A DNA stretch of 64,000 nucleotides from Alphaproteobacteria bacterium (lineage in GTDB: Bacteria > Pseudomonadota > Alphaproteobacteria > UBA828). Positions 41,902 to 51,097 of the stretch are shown here, piece by piece. The notes beneath the pieces were generated by a model. It saw only the letters and a list, made by a program, of their open reading frames with translations, was not told where the DNA came from and ran no database searches. The stretch is from assembly GCA_965214705.1 (NCBI GenBank), contig CBDCCI010000002.1, positions 2,816,001 to 2,880,000 on the forward strand. The letters are read 5' to 3'. A program made the position numbers and the translations under genes. Position 1 is the first letter of the stretch. Each line of letters begins with the position of its first letter.

Positions 41902-42999
41902 CTAGCCGCCGTTTCGTCGCCATTGCTTCCAATACCGGGCCAGCACCTCGTCCAGCTCCAGGCCGCCCATCAGCCCGTCCGAGCGCAGGCACATCACCAG
42001 CACGATGATGACGCCCAGCATGAGGCTGCCGAGCCCGAACAGGTCGGGCAGCTGCGCGCCCAGGATGACCGGCCCGCTCTCCAGGTGGCGAATCAGCTCC
42101 ATGGCGACCGAAATCAGCACCACGCCCACCACCGCGCCGGTCACCGAGCGCATGCCGCCGAGGATGTGCATGGCGAGCGTGAGGAACGCGGCGTGAAAGT
42201 AGAAGGCGCGCGCGTTCACCGTGCCCAGGTAGTAGGCGTAAAGCGCGCCGGCGATGCCGCACACCACGCCTCCCAGCACCCAGGCGATCAGCCGGAGCGC
42301 CCGGATATTCACGCCCATCGATTCGGCCGCGAGCATGTTGGTGGCGCTGGCGCGGAGCTGCACGCCGATCCGCGAGTCCTTGAACAGTCGCGCGACCAGG
42401 ATGACAAGGGCGGTCGCGACCATCATGGTCTCGATCCCCGCCACCTTCGGTATGCCGTAAAACGCCTGGGTCCCCCGGAACAGGTCGACCCAGTGCACGA
42501 AGACGCCGTGGATGATGACCAGGATGGCGAGCGTCAGGATCGTCGCCGCGATCCCCGAGAGCCGGACCAGAAAGAGCCCGGTCAGAGCCGCGATGATCCC
42601 GGTGATCGACACCGCGGCGACGAACGAAGAGACGATGCCGAGTTGAACCTCTCCGAGACCGAACGGCGCATTGGGAATCAGCGTCTTCTTGATCACCAGC
42701 GGCACCGCGAAGATCGACGTGAGATAGGCGCCGAGTCCCATGAAGCCCGGGTGGGCCAGGTTGGCCACGTTGGCGTTGCCCATGAAGATCTGCAGGCCGA
42801 GCACCAGGATCAGGTTGATGTAGGCGGCCACGGCGAGGCGCACCTGGTAGGGCTCGCCGAACAACATGATGAGAAGGCCGATGCCGACTGCGAAGGCGGC
42901 GATGATCGTGGCACCCCGCACCGATCTGAGCGTCCGCGCACCTTCCACGTGCCAGAGGCGCCGGCGCGGGCGGCTGCTATCCATGGTCGGCGCGCTCAA
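41902..42999 (-). CDS. livM: Branched-chain amino acid-type ABC permease
   Basis: Hydrophobic, LAHPGFMGLGAY, AAESMGVN, ILGGMRS. Confidence 0.85.
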   Translation of the reverse strand: MSAPTMDSSRPRRRLWHVEGARTLRSVRGATIIAAFAVGIGLLIMLFGEPYQVRLAVAAYINLILVLGLQIFMGNANVANLAHPGFMGLGAYLTSIFAVPLVIKKTLIPNAPFGLGEVQLGIVSSFVAAVSITGIIAALTGLFLVRLSGIAATILTLAILVIIHGVFVHWVDLFRGTQAFYGIPKVAGIETMMVATALVILVARLFKDSRIGVQLRASATNMLAAESMGVNIRALRLIAWVLGGVVCGIAGALYAYYLGTVNARAFYFHAAFLTLAMHILGGMRSVTGAVVGVVLISVAMELIRHLESGPVILGAQLPDLFGLGSLMLGVIIVLVMCLRSDGLMGGLELDEVLARYWKQWRRNGG

Positions 43000-43895
43000 G
43001 CGGTCTTGTCTCCCAGCTCGGCCTTCTTGCCGAGGATGCCCTGCGGCCGCCCGACCAGGATGGCGCCGATGATGAAGAACACCGCGGCGTCGCGAAGCCC
43101 CGCGAGGAAGTCGGGCAGCAGGATGATCAGGACCACCTCGAGAATGCCCAGCACGAGCCCGCCGACAACCGCGCCCGGCAGGCTGCCGAAGCCGCCCAGC
43201 ACGCAGGCGACGAAGGCCTTGAGCACCGGCAGCAGGCCCATGAAGGGGTCGATCGCGCCGCGCCGCGCGATGAAGAAGATGGCGGCGAGGCCCGCGAGGA
43301 AGCCCGAGATCGCAAACGCCGTCGCGATCACGCGGTTGGCCCGCACGCCCATCAGCCGCACCGTGGTGAAGTCGTGGGCCGCGGCGCGCATGGCGAGGCC
43401 CAGCTTGGTCCGCCGCATGAAGATGACCAGCAACACGATCGCGATGGCGGTCACACCCGCCTCGAGAAACTGAAGGATGGTGAAGGTGAAGCTGCCGATA
43501 TCCACCGTCGTGTTGAGCACCGCGATGGCGGGCACGGCCTTGGGACGAGGCGAGACCCCCATCAGGAATACGTTCTGAAGGATGATCGCGACCCCGAAGG
43601 CGGTAAGCAGCCCCGTTGTCGCCGGCGCTCGTCGAACCGGTCTGAAGGCGACGCGCTCCAGGAGCACGGCGGTGATCACGACCGTGAGCAGGCAGACCGG
43701 CAGGATCATCCAGATGTCGCCGGCGCCGAACAGCGCCATGGCGTACATGATGTAGCCGCCGACGCCGAGGAACTCGCCGTGGGCGAAGTTCACCAGCCCC
43801 ATGACCGAGAACACGATGGCAAGCCCCAACGCGAGCAGCGAGTACTCGGCGCCGATGCTGAGCGCGTTGAGAGCCTGTTCGGCCACGTATTGCAT
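42996..43895 (-). CDS. livH: Branched-chain amino acid-type ABC permease
   Basis: LVNFAHGE, GLAMRA, KAFVACVLGGFGS. Confidence 0.88.
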   Translation of the reverse strand: MQYVAEQALNALSIGAEYSLLALGLAIVFSVMGLVNFAHGEFLGVGGYIMYAMALFGAGDIWMILPVCLLTVVITAVLLERVAFRPVRRAPATTGLLTAFGVAIILQNVFLMGVSPRPKAVPAIAVLNTTVDIGSFTFTILQFLEAGVTAIAIVLLVIFMRRTKLGLAMRAAAHDFTTVRLMGVRANRVIATAFAISGFLAGLAAIFFIARRGAIDPFMGLLPVLKAFVACVLGGFGSLPGAVVGGLVLGILEVVLIILLPDFLAGLRDAAVFFIIGAILVGRPQGILGKKAELGDKTA

Positions 43896-43912
43896 GATCT
43901 GTCCCGCCCCCC

Positions 43913-44626
43913 TTACGAGACGCCTTCGCCGATATAGGCCTTCATCAGGTCCGCCGAGGTCCGCAGTTCCTCCGCGGTGCCGGCAAACTCCAAGTTCCCG
44001 CTACTCAGGATGTAGGCCCGATCGGCGAACTTGAGGGCTTCCTGCGCGTTCTGCTCGACCACGAGCAAGGTGAGTCCGTGGTCCCGCAGCCCCGAGATCA
44101 GCTTGAAGATCTGGTCGACGATCTGCGGCGCCAGGCCCAGGGAAGGCTCATCCAGCATCAGCAGCTTCGGCCCCGACATCAGCGCCCGGACCACCGCCAG
44201 CATCTGCTGCTCGCCGCCGGAGAGCGAGCCGCCGCTCTGCTTGAAGCGCTCGCGCAGGATGGGAAACATATCGAGGTAGGTCTCCAGGTCCCGGGCGACG
44301 CCGTCCGCATCCCGCCGGATCGCTGCGCCCAGGATCAGATTTTCCTCGACCGTCAGGTTGGCGAAGACGTGCCGCCCTTCGGGCGTGACGGTAATGCCGC
44401 GGGCGACGCGGCTTTCCGTGTCCAGCCGGTTGATGTCCTGGCCCTCGAACGACACCGTGCCCTCCGCGACGGGCACGAGCCCGATGATCGCGGACAGCAT
44501 GCTCGTCTTGCCCGCCCCGTTCGGCCCCAGCAGCGTCACGATCTCGCCCTCGTTGACGGAGAGCGAGACCGAATGCACGGCGCGCACCGCGCCGTAGTTC
44601 ACCGAGACGTTGTCGACTTCGAGCAT
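43913..44626 (-). CDS. livF: ABC ATP-binding protein
   Basis: [33 protein letters not shown]. Confidence 0.92.
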   Translation of the reverse strand: MLEVDNVSVNYGAVRAVHSVSLSVNEGEIVTLLGPNGAGKTSMLSAIIGLVPVAEGTVSFEGQDINRLDTESRVARGITVTPEGRHVFANLTVEENLILGAAIRRDADGVARDLETYLDMFPILRERFKQSGGSLSGGEQQMLAVVRALMSGPKLLMLDEPSLGLAPQIVDQIFKLISGLRDHGLTLLVVEQNAQEALKFADRAYILSSGNLEFAGTAEELRTSADLMKAYIGEGVS

Positions 44627-44644
44627 TGGCTCTTGCCGTCTTCT

Positions 44645-44770
44645 ACCCTCGGCACGCGGCCGTCCCCGCCGGACCCGTCAGGGAAGGCAGCGCTCGCAGC
44701 GCGCGCCCCTTCCCTGACGGTGTCCGGTTCATTCGGCCGGTTGGTGTCGGCGGCCGTACCGGGTCGACTG
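44645..44770. repeat. Long intergenic stem-loop inside the ABC operon
   Basis: CCGTCAGGGAAGG...CCTTCCCTGACGG 13-bp arms nested in further complementary GC arms. Confidence 0.6.
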
Positions 44771-44776
44771 CTCGCC

Positions 44777-45961
44777 CTACTCCTCGTAATGGGGCGAGTG
44801 TGTGGGCACGAGGGCCTGGTGCAGGTACGGCTGGCCGTCCTTGAACCCGAGCACCGAGACTTCCTTGCTCGGGTAATGCCACTTGTTGGTGAAGTCGATG
44901 GAGGGTGCGGACGTCGCCGCGATCGGCCCCGCAGTGGTCAGAGCGTCGAGAACGGCGCGGGACTCGGTCGAGCCCGCGAGTTCTACACCCTTGGCGAGGA
45001 TTTGGGCGACATCGCCGCCCAGCCCGAAGAACGAGCCGTTAATCTCGTAGCCCCGGCTGATGCACTCGTTCTGGAACATCTCGAGCGCGTTGCCGCCCGT
45101 GGCGAAACCGTGGGTGGCGAAAAACACGGTCCCGTCAACGCTCGGCGCGCCGCCTGCCACTTCCGGCAGCGTCGGATCGTCAAACCCGTCCGAGCCGAAC
45201 ACGTAGATATCGAGCCCCGCCGCACGAATCTGACGGATCAGCACGCCCACGTCGGGGTTGATCGACGAGATGTGGATCGAGTCCGGCATCGGGTCCATCG
45301 CCTTCAGGTCGGTGATGAAGGGCGACCAGTCGGTGATCCCGAAGCCCGGATATTCCATCCGGCCGACGACCTCGCCGCCGAACCGCCCGAACACGTCGCC
45401 GAACCATTCCGGCAGATTCCGCGTCCAGGTCCCGTACACGTCCGAGAGGAACAGCACGACCCGGCGCGCACCCAGCTCATAGGCGACTTCGGCGGTTGCC
45501 GAAGCGTTGAACGGGTCGGGCACGGCCATGGTGATGTAGTTGTCCAGCCCGACCTCGAACATCTCGATCTGGGTGTTGACGGCCGAGAAGGTGATCGTGT
45601 CGTACTCGGCCGCGAGTTGGGAGACGGGGATCAGCGAATCCGAGGCGATCGCGGCCTCGCCCACGGCGGTCACGCCATCGTCCAGCATCTCCTGGGCCTG
45701 GGCGATGGCGATGGCCGGATCGCTCTTGTTGTCCTGCACGGCGAGCTCGATGGGCACGCCGTTCACGCCGCCCTGCTCGTTCATGAGCTCCGTCATGCAG
45801 CGCAGGCCGTGGGCCCCGGTGTAGGGCGCCCATTCGCCGGAGATCGAGGCCGAGATACCGATCTTGAGTGGATCCCCGGCGGATGCCGGGGCGTTCGCGA
45901 TGGCGAGCGCCAGCGCACCCGCCGCAATTGCGGTTGTGGCCAGAAGTTTCTTCGTAAGCAT
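44777..45961 (-). CDS. LivJ/K-type ABC substrate-binding protein
   Basis: Signal peptide, LKIG, NEQGGVNG..DNKSDP. Confidence 0.88.
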   Translation of the reverse strand: MLTKKLLATTAIAAGALALAIANAPASAGDPLKIGISASISGEWAPYTGAHGLRCMTELMNEQGGVNGVPIELAVQDNKSDPAIAIAQAQEMLDDGVTAVGEAAIASDSLIPVSQLAAEYDTITFSAVNTQIEMFEVGLDNYITMAVPDPFNASATAEVAYELGARRVVLFLSDVYGTWTRNLPEWFGDVFGRFGGEVVGRMEYPGFGITDWSPFITDLKAMDPMPDSIHISSINPDVGVLIRQIRAAGLDIYVFGSDGFDDPTLPEVAGGAPSVDGTVFFATHGFATGGNALEMFQNECISRGYEINGSFFGLGGDVAQILAKGVELAGSTESRAVLDALTTAGPIAATSAPSIDFTNKWHYPSKEVSVLGFKDGQPYLHQALVPTHSPHYEE

Positions 45962-46411
45962 TGGTTTAGCCTCCCTTGATTGTTCGACACACCCCCTAGG
46001 TGGGTCTTTCCATCGTGGCTTCTCCGTCCGATGGCGACGGTCGGGGCGCCGGCGTTGCGGCCTCCCCGTTGTTATCCTGAGCGCCGATGTAGACCTCGAT
46101 GACCCGCGGGTCGTTGCGCACCTCCTCGGGCGTGCCCAGCGCGATGAGCTCGCCCATGTGCAAGACGGCGATGCGCTCGCACACGTTCATGATGAACCGC
46201 AGGTCGTGGTCGATGACGATGATGCCGCAGCCGTATTCGTCGCGGATGAACCGGACCGAATCGATCAGCGCCGTGGACTCGAGGCGGTTCATGCCTGCGG
46301 CGGGTTCGTCGAGCAGCAGGTAGTCGGGGGCGAGCGCCAGCGCGCGGGCAATCTCCAGGCGCCGTTGGTAACCGTAGGGCAGGGTCGGCGCGGGCCGCTC
46401 GGCCATCTCCA

Positions 46412-48507
46412 CCCATCTTTGCCATTTTGGCGCGCGCCTGCGACCTAAGTAGTTGCGATGATGGGCTGATTTTCTGGCCCATCTGGGATTATGGCACTAC
46501 GTTTGTGCGCTCATCGCGACACTCCCGGGAGCACCGCCCGGCGCCTGTGGGGATCCACCGTGAGGCCCGCCGCCTGCGCGATGACGCGCGCCTCGGCGTC
46601 GGGTTGAGCATCCTGGCGGATGACGATGCGGTTTCCGTCCACCTCCCGGATGGTGGAGGTGAGACGCACCCAGCCCGCGAGCTTGTCGCGGATCGTACTC
46701 CAGCGGTCATGCAAGCCGTGCGCCGCCAGACGGGTTCGCAGCAGATGAACCGCGTGGTAGGCGAGGACGGCGATGAACAGGTGGGCGGCGATGCGCGAGG
46801 TCTTGGAGTGCCAGACCGGGCGCAGGCCGATTTCGGATTTCAGGCTGCGGAAGGTGGCCTCGAGCTCTGTGAGCTTCCAGTAGGTTCGGACCACGGTTTC
46901 AAGATCCCACTCGACGTGGCTGGTGCGCAGCACATAGATGCCCGCTTGGCGGTCGCGCTCGGCATGGAGAGCGTTGCGCCTCCAGCGGACCGCACTGGCC
47001 CGCCCCTTCTCTCCGGGCTCGACCTCGATGTCGTACTGACGGTGGACGCGCCTGTACCTTTCCTTCAGCCGGCCCAGCTTCTCCATCACCTTGGTGAACT
47101 GCTTGATGTGGTTCTTCTTCGACAGCCCGCCATGCAGGGCGCGCAGGGCGTCCTCGAAGTTGTGACGCTGACGGGCGAGCACGGCCTCGTCCTTCTGCTG
47201 GCGCTCATGGCTCCAGACGCACAGGTGCGCTTCGTCGTCCCCTGCCGCGAGACGCCAGGCGCGGGCATCGTGGCCGGCCCGGGTTTCGAAGGCGGCATCG
47301 GCTTCGCGCCCGGGCGGCGCCGAGACGCCGCGGCGAACGGTGATCCAGTGATAGCCGCCCGCCCGCAGCCAGGCGAGGTTGGCCTCGGTGGAGATGCCGG
47401 CGTCCATGATGACCGTGGGCCTGGGGGCGTTGCTGCCGCGCGCTTGGCATTCCAGCCGCCCGATGGCGTCGGCGAGAGTGGCCGGCTCGGAGATGTTGCC
47501 GGGCAGGATCTCGCTGTGCTGCGGAAAGCCGGCCTGGTTCAGCGACAGGGCCAGGGTCACGATCGGACAATCGTCACGCCTCTGCTTCGAGCGCCCGAAG
47601 CGGGCCAGCGCGGAGCTGGGCCGTCCGGTCATATGGGTGTTGGTCAGGTCGAAGAAGACGATGGTGTCGGGGATGCCGAAGAGATCGCGCTCCCGGGCGC
47701 ACAGCGCCTCTTCAAGCGCCGCGCGGTGACGCCACAAGAGGTCGCCGATGCGGTAGAGCTTGCTGAGCGTGAGCGACTTGCCGCTGTCGACATCGAGCAA
47801 CTCCAGGGTCGCGCTGTTCGCGCTCAGCCAGCGGAAGGCCTCGCGCTCGCTGGAGGGATGGATCATGCGCGCGACCACCAGTGCCGCCGCGATGCGTGCG
47901 TCGCGCTCACTTGCGCCCAGCCTCTCCAGCGTCTCGATGAAGCGAAGGTCGTCAAGCGCGGCGAGAGCCAGGCGCTCGCAGCCCACCGAGCGGACCTGTT
48001 CGTGGGAGAGGCTATCGAGACGGACCGTGGCCAGGTCGCTCTCGTCCCCGGGCCGCGACGCGCCGAGATCGCGGGCGTGAAGCCGCCGTACGACGTCCTC
48101 GGCGACGGGGCGCAAGGCGGCATCCGGCTCCAGCAGCGGCTCGCTGCCGGCGAGAAGGGTTTCGATCAGAAGCGCCAATTCGCGCCATTGCTCCTCGGGC
48201 ACACCGAAGTCGGCGCCGAGATTGAGGAGCGTGACCTGGCGCACCCTTCCGCCGATGCGTTCGCTGCGCACGAGGCGGTAGGTGGCATAGCGCTCGCCAC
48301 CGTCTCCGCGACCGGTGAGGGTTTTGCGAATGAACATGGCGGCAGGGTCACGGACAGTTTGCGGACTGTCAAGGAGCGCCGGCCCACAGACCAAAGATTA
48401 TGGCACTACAATGGACTTCCCAAAACACAATCCAACAAAATCAGTGCCTTAGATCCCAAAGGCTACCCAAAATCAGGCCTTCGGGACCGAAAAGTGGCAA
48501 AGATGGG
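46412..48507 (-). mobile_element. IS1634-family insertion sequence
   Basis: TIR CCCATCTTTGCCATTTT / AAAGTGGCAAAGATGGG; 4-bp direct repeat TCCA at 46408-46411 and 48508-48511. Confidence 0.93.
46511..48337 (-). CDS. IS1634-family DDE transposase
   Basis: MFIRK..YRLVRSER..RQVTLLNLG, FFDLTNT, FGRSK, MDAGI, EATFRSLK..LRPVWH..HLFIAVLAY. Confidence 0.92.
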   Translation of the reverse strand: MFIRKTLTGRGDGGERYATYRLVRSERIGGRVRQVTLLNLGADFGVPEEQWRELALLIETLLAGSEPLLEPDAALRPVAEDVVRRLHARDLGASRPGDESDLATVRLDSLSHEQVRSVGCERLALAALDDLRFIETLERLGASERDARIAAALVVARMIHPSSEREAFRWLSANSATLELLDVDSGKSLTLSKLYRIGDLLWRHRAALEEALCARERDLFGIPDTIVFFDLTNTHMTGRPSSALARFGRSKQRRDDCPIVTLALSLNQAGFPQHSEILPGNISEPATLADAIGRLECQARGSNAPRPTVIMDAGISTEANLAWLRAGGYHWITVRRGVSAPPGREADAAFETRAGHDARAWRLAAGDDEAHLCVWSHERQQKDEAVLARQRHNFEDALRALHGGLSKKNHIKQFTKVMEKLGRLKERYRRVHRQYDIEVEPGEKGRASAVRWRRNALHAERDRQAGIYVLRTSHVEWDLETVVRTYWKLTELEATFRSLKSEIGLRPVWHSKTSRIAAHLFIAVLAYHAVHLLRTRLAAHGLHDRWSTIRDKLAGWVRLTSTIREVDGNRIVIRQDAQPDAEARVIAQAAGLTVDPHRRRAVLPGVSR

Positions 48508-49202
48508 TCCAGCAGATCCATCTGATCAAGCAGCCGGTCGATGGTGATCCCGCTCACCTGCCTTGCCCGGTGGAACTCGCTGGACGTGAAGGCAACCTCG
48601 ACGTTCTGACGCACCGTCAGATGTTCGAACAGACGGATGTTCTGGAAGGTCCGCGCGACACCGGCGTAGGCGCGTTTGCGCGGGGAAAGCCCATTAAGCC
48701 TCTTCCCGTCCAGCACGACGGTTCCGCTGTCGGACGGGCTTACCCCGGTGATCAGGTTCATCAGCGTCGTCTTGCCCGCGCCGTTCGGGCCGATCAGGCC
48801 CAGGATCTCGCCGCGCTGGCATTCCAGCGAGACCTCGCGCACGGCGTAGACGCCGCCGAAATTCTTGCTGATGGTGTCGACCGAGAGCGCCAAGGCTCAA
48901 GCCGCAAGGGGATGGCTGCGCGGCCCGGTACTGGCGGACGCGCGTCCGACCGGCGCGGCGATCCCTCGCTCAGGCCGCCGCCCCATGGGTCGGAAACGTT
49001 CGTTCACCGACACTCTCCCTGAGGCGTTCTTATTCTTGTCCAATCAGTTTCGATCATGGACAGCAGGTTGACAACCCTGCCCCGGCAGCGCGTGCCCCGG
49101 CAGAGCGGCAGACTCGCCCGCTCGCGAGCCGAAGGCCCGGACGGCGCGACTGCGCTTGCCGGCGCCTGCCGCGCTTCCTATCGTGTGGTTCAGCGTCCCC
49201 CG

Positions 49203-49290
49203 GCCCGCGTGGCGGAATTTGGTAGACGCAACGGACTTAAAATCCGTTGGCCTTCGGGTCGTCCCGGTTCGAGTCCGGGCGCGGGCACCA
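49203..49290 (+). tRNA. tRNA-Leu (anticodon TAA)
   Basis: GCCCGCG acceptor stem, TGGTAGACGC D-arm, ACGGA-CTTAAAA-TCCGT, long variable arm, GGTTCGAGTCC, encoded CCA. Confidence 0.97.
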
Positions 49291-49375
49291 CGGTCCCTTC
49301 CGGGGGCTTCCAATGCCTTCCTCACCATTCCGCATCACGTCTCACACTGTTTCATCTGCTCGAATCTCTATGCAC

Positions 49376-51097
49376 TTAAGTATCGTGTGAGGTGACAAGT
49401 TTGGCCTCCGTCAGATTGTCCTGTGACTTGGAGCGCGTGACATAGCCGGCTTCGAGATCCTGGCTTCGGCGCTGATCGCAACGTTCTGCCGGGTCGCCCC
49501 ATCCACCGCCGCCGGCCGTCTGCTGGCTCACTATATCCCCCATTCTTAGCGGTATCTCGGCACCCTTGGATGCGAAATTGGGCGATGCAAGTTGGAAGCC
49601 ATCGCCGCGGTCGATCAGATAGGCGCCGGGCGCGCCTTCGCCACCGCCATCGAATCCCTTGGCCCCGAACTTACAGCGGTCAGCCACGAAGCTGAGTTCT
49701 GCGACATCGGAGAGGATCTCGTAATCTCGCCTTGTGCCGAGCCCGCCTCTGTATTTCCCGTCACCTCCAGTATCCGCCCGCAGTTCGTACCGCCTTAGCC
49801 TGACCGGAAACTTCAGCTCCAAAGCCTCTGCAGGCATGTTGCGGCAGTTCCCGACGATCGAGAACAGGGCGCTTTCGCCATCCTTCTCCGGCGTCGCCCC
49901 CCAGGCACCTTCGGGATACTGGTAGAGAATTTGCATTCCAGCCTTGCCGTAGCAGGTTAGCAGCATGTTGTTGGACGACCCCTGGTCGCCAGCAATGAGA
50001 TGTGGGCCGTTGGGCATGGTCGAAAGCGCCGCCATCAAGGCGTTGACAATCCGATGCGAGGTCTCGTTACCAGCCGTGCAGGGAGCCGGAAAGGTTGGAT
50101 GCACAACCGTGCCCTCACGACTCACGATTTTGATCGGTCGATAGCAACCATGGTTGGGGGCTATTTCCGGATCGGTGGCGGCCTGCAGGCAAAGGTAGGT
50201 TGCCGATGCAGTCATGTAAGGAACGGAATTGATCGGTCCACTTGCCTGCGGATCGGTCTCGCTATAGTCGATCACCAAAGCGTCGCCGTTGACGACAACC
50301 TTGACTCGGATCGTAATCGGCTCGTCGGTAATGCCGTCGTTGTCCATGATGTCTTCGCCGAAGTACTCCCCATCGGGCCAAGACCTGATTACCGCGCGCA
50401 TTCGAGCTTCAGAATCCGCGCGCGATCGCTCTTCCGCAGATGCAATGGTAGCCCGGCCATACCGCTTGCACAGGGCTTGATATCGCAGAGCGGCACTGCG
50501 GTTCGCGGATACCTGCGCCGCGAGATCTCCCTTCATGTTTTTTGGCACGCGGACATTGTTGAGAATGAACTCGTAAACGTCTCGTTGCCGCTCGCCCGCG
50601 CGGTACAACCAGACAGGGGGAATGCGCAGCCCTTCCATGAAGTTATCTTTCGCCCGAGAGTAAAAGCTGCCCGGAACGGCCCCTCCGACGTCGGCATGAT
50701 GAGCCCGATTTGCAGCGAAGGCGACCAGTTCGCCATCGTAAAAGATTGGGCTGACCATCGTGAGGTCCGGAAGATGAGTCCCGCCGCGATAGGGGTCGTT
50801 TGAAATGATGGCGTCACCGGGTTTGAATTCCCGCAAGGGCGCAAGCTCCTCGATCGCCTGACGCACGGCGTACTGCAAGGCTCCAAGGTGGATTGGCAAA
50901 AACTCGCCCTGCGCTGTCAGCCGCGCCTTCGCATCGAACAGCCCGCAGGAAAAGTCGCTGCCTTCATTGAAGATCTCCGAGTAGGCGGTTTGCCGAAGCG
51001 TAACCCCCATCTCGCGGGAGACCGCGACAAGCGAGCTTCTGATGACACTGAACTGGATCGGATCGAAATTTCTAGTGACGGCGCTCGTATCGGTCAT
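49376..51097 (-). CDS. Hydantoinase B/oxoprolinase subunit (islet copy)
   Basis: SNDPYRGGTHLPD, AHHADVGG, EGLRIPP, GKYRGG. Confidence 0.92.
   Translation of the reverse strand: MTDTSAVTRNFDPIQFSVIRSSLVAVSREMGVTLRQTAYSEIFNEGSDFSCGLFDAKARLTAQGEFLPIHLGALQYAVRQAIEELAPLREFKPGDAIISNDPYRGGTHLPDLTMVSPIFYDGELVAFAANRAHHADVGGAVPGSFYSRAKDNFMEGLRIPPVWLYRAGERQRDVYEFILNNVRVPKNMKGDLAAQVSANRSAALRYQALCKRYGRATIASAEERSRADSEARMRAVIRSWPDGEYFGEDIMDNDGITDEPITIRVKVVVNGDALVIDYSETDPQASGPINSVPYMTASATYLCLQAATDPEIAPNHGCYRPIKIVSREGTVVHPTFPAPCTAGNETSHRIVNALMAALSTMPNGPHLIAGDQGSSNNMLLTCYGKAGMQILYQYPEGAWGATPEKDGESALFSIVGNCRNMPAEALELKFPVRLRRYELRADTGGDGKYRGGLGTRRDYEILSDVAELSFVADRCKFGAKGFDGGGEGAPGAYLIDRGDGFQLASPNFASKGAEIPLRMGDIVSQQTAGGGGWGDPAERCDQRRSQDLEAGYVTRSKSQDNLTEAKLVTSHDT

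Larger units (their letters stand above)
45996..48893 (-). pseudogene. livG: livG-type ABC ATPase interrupted by IS1634
   Basis: N-half [23 protein letters not shown] (48508-48893); C-half EMAER..LPYGYQRRLEIARAL..LDEPAAG (45996-46411); halves rejoin in frame. Confidence 0.93.
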
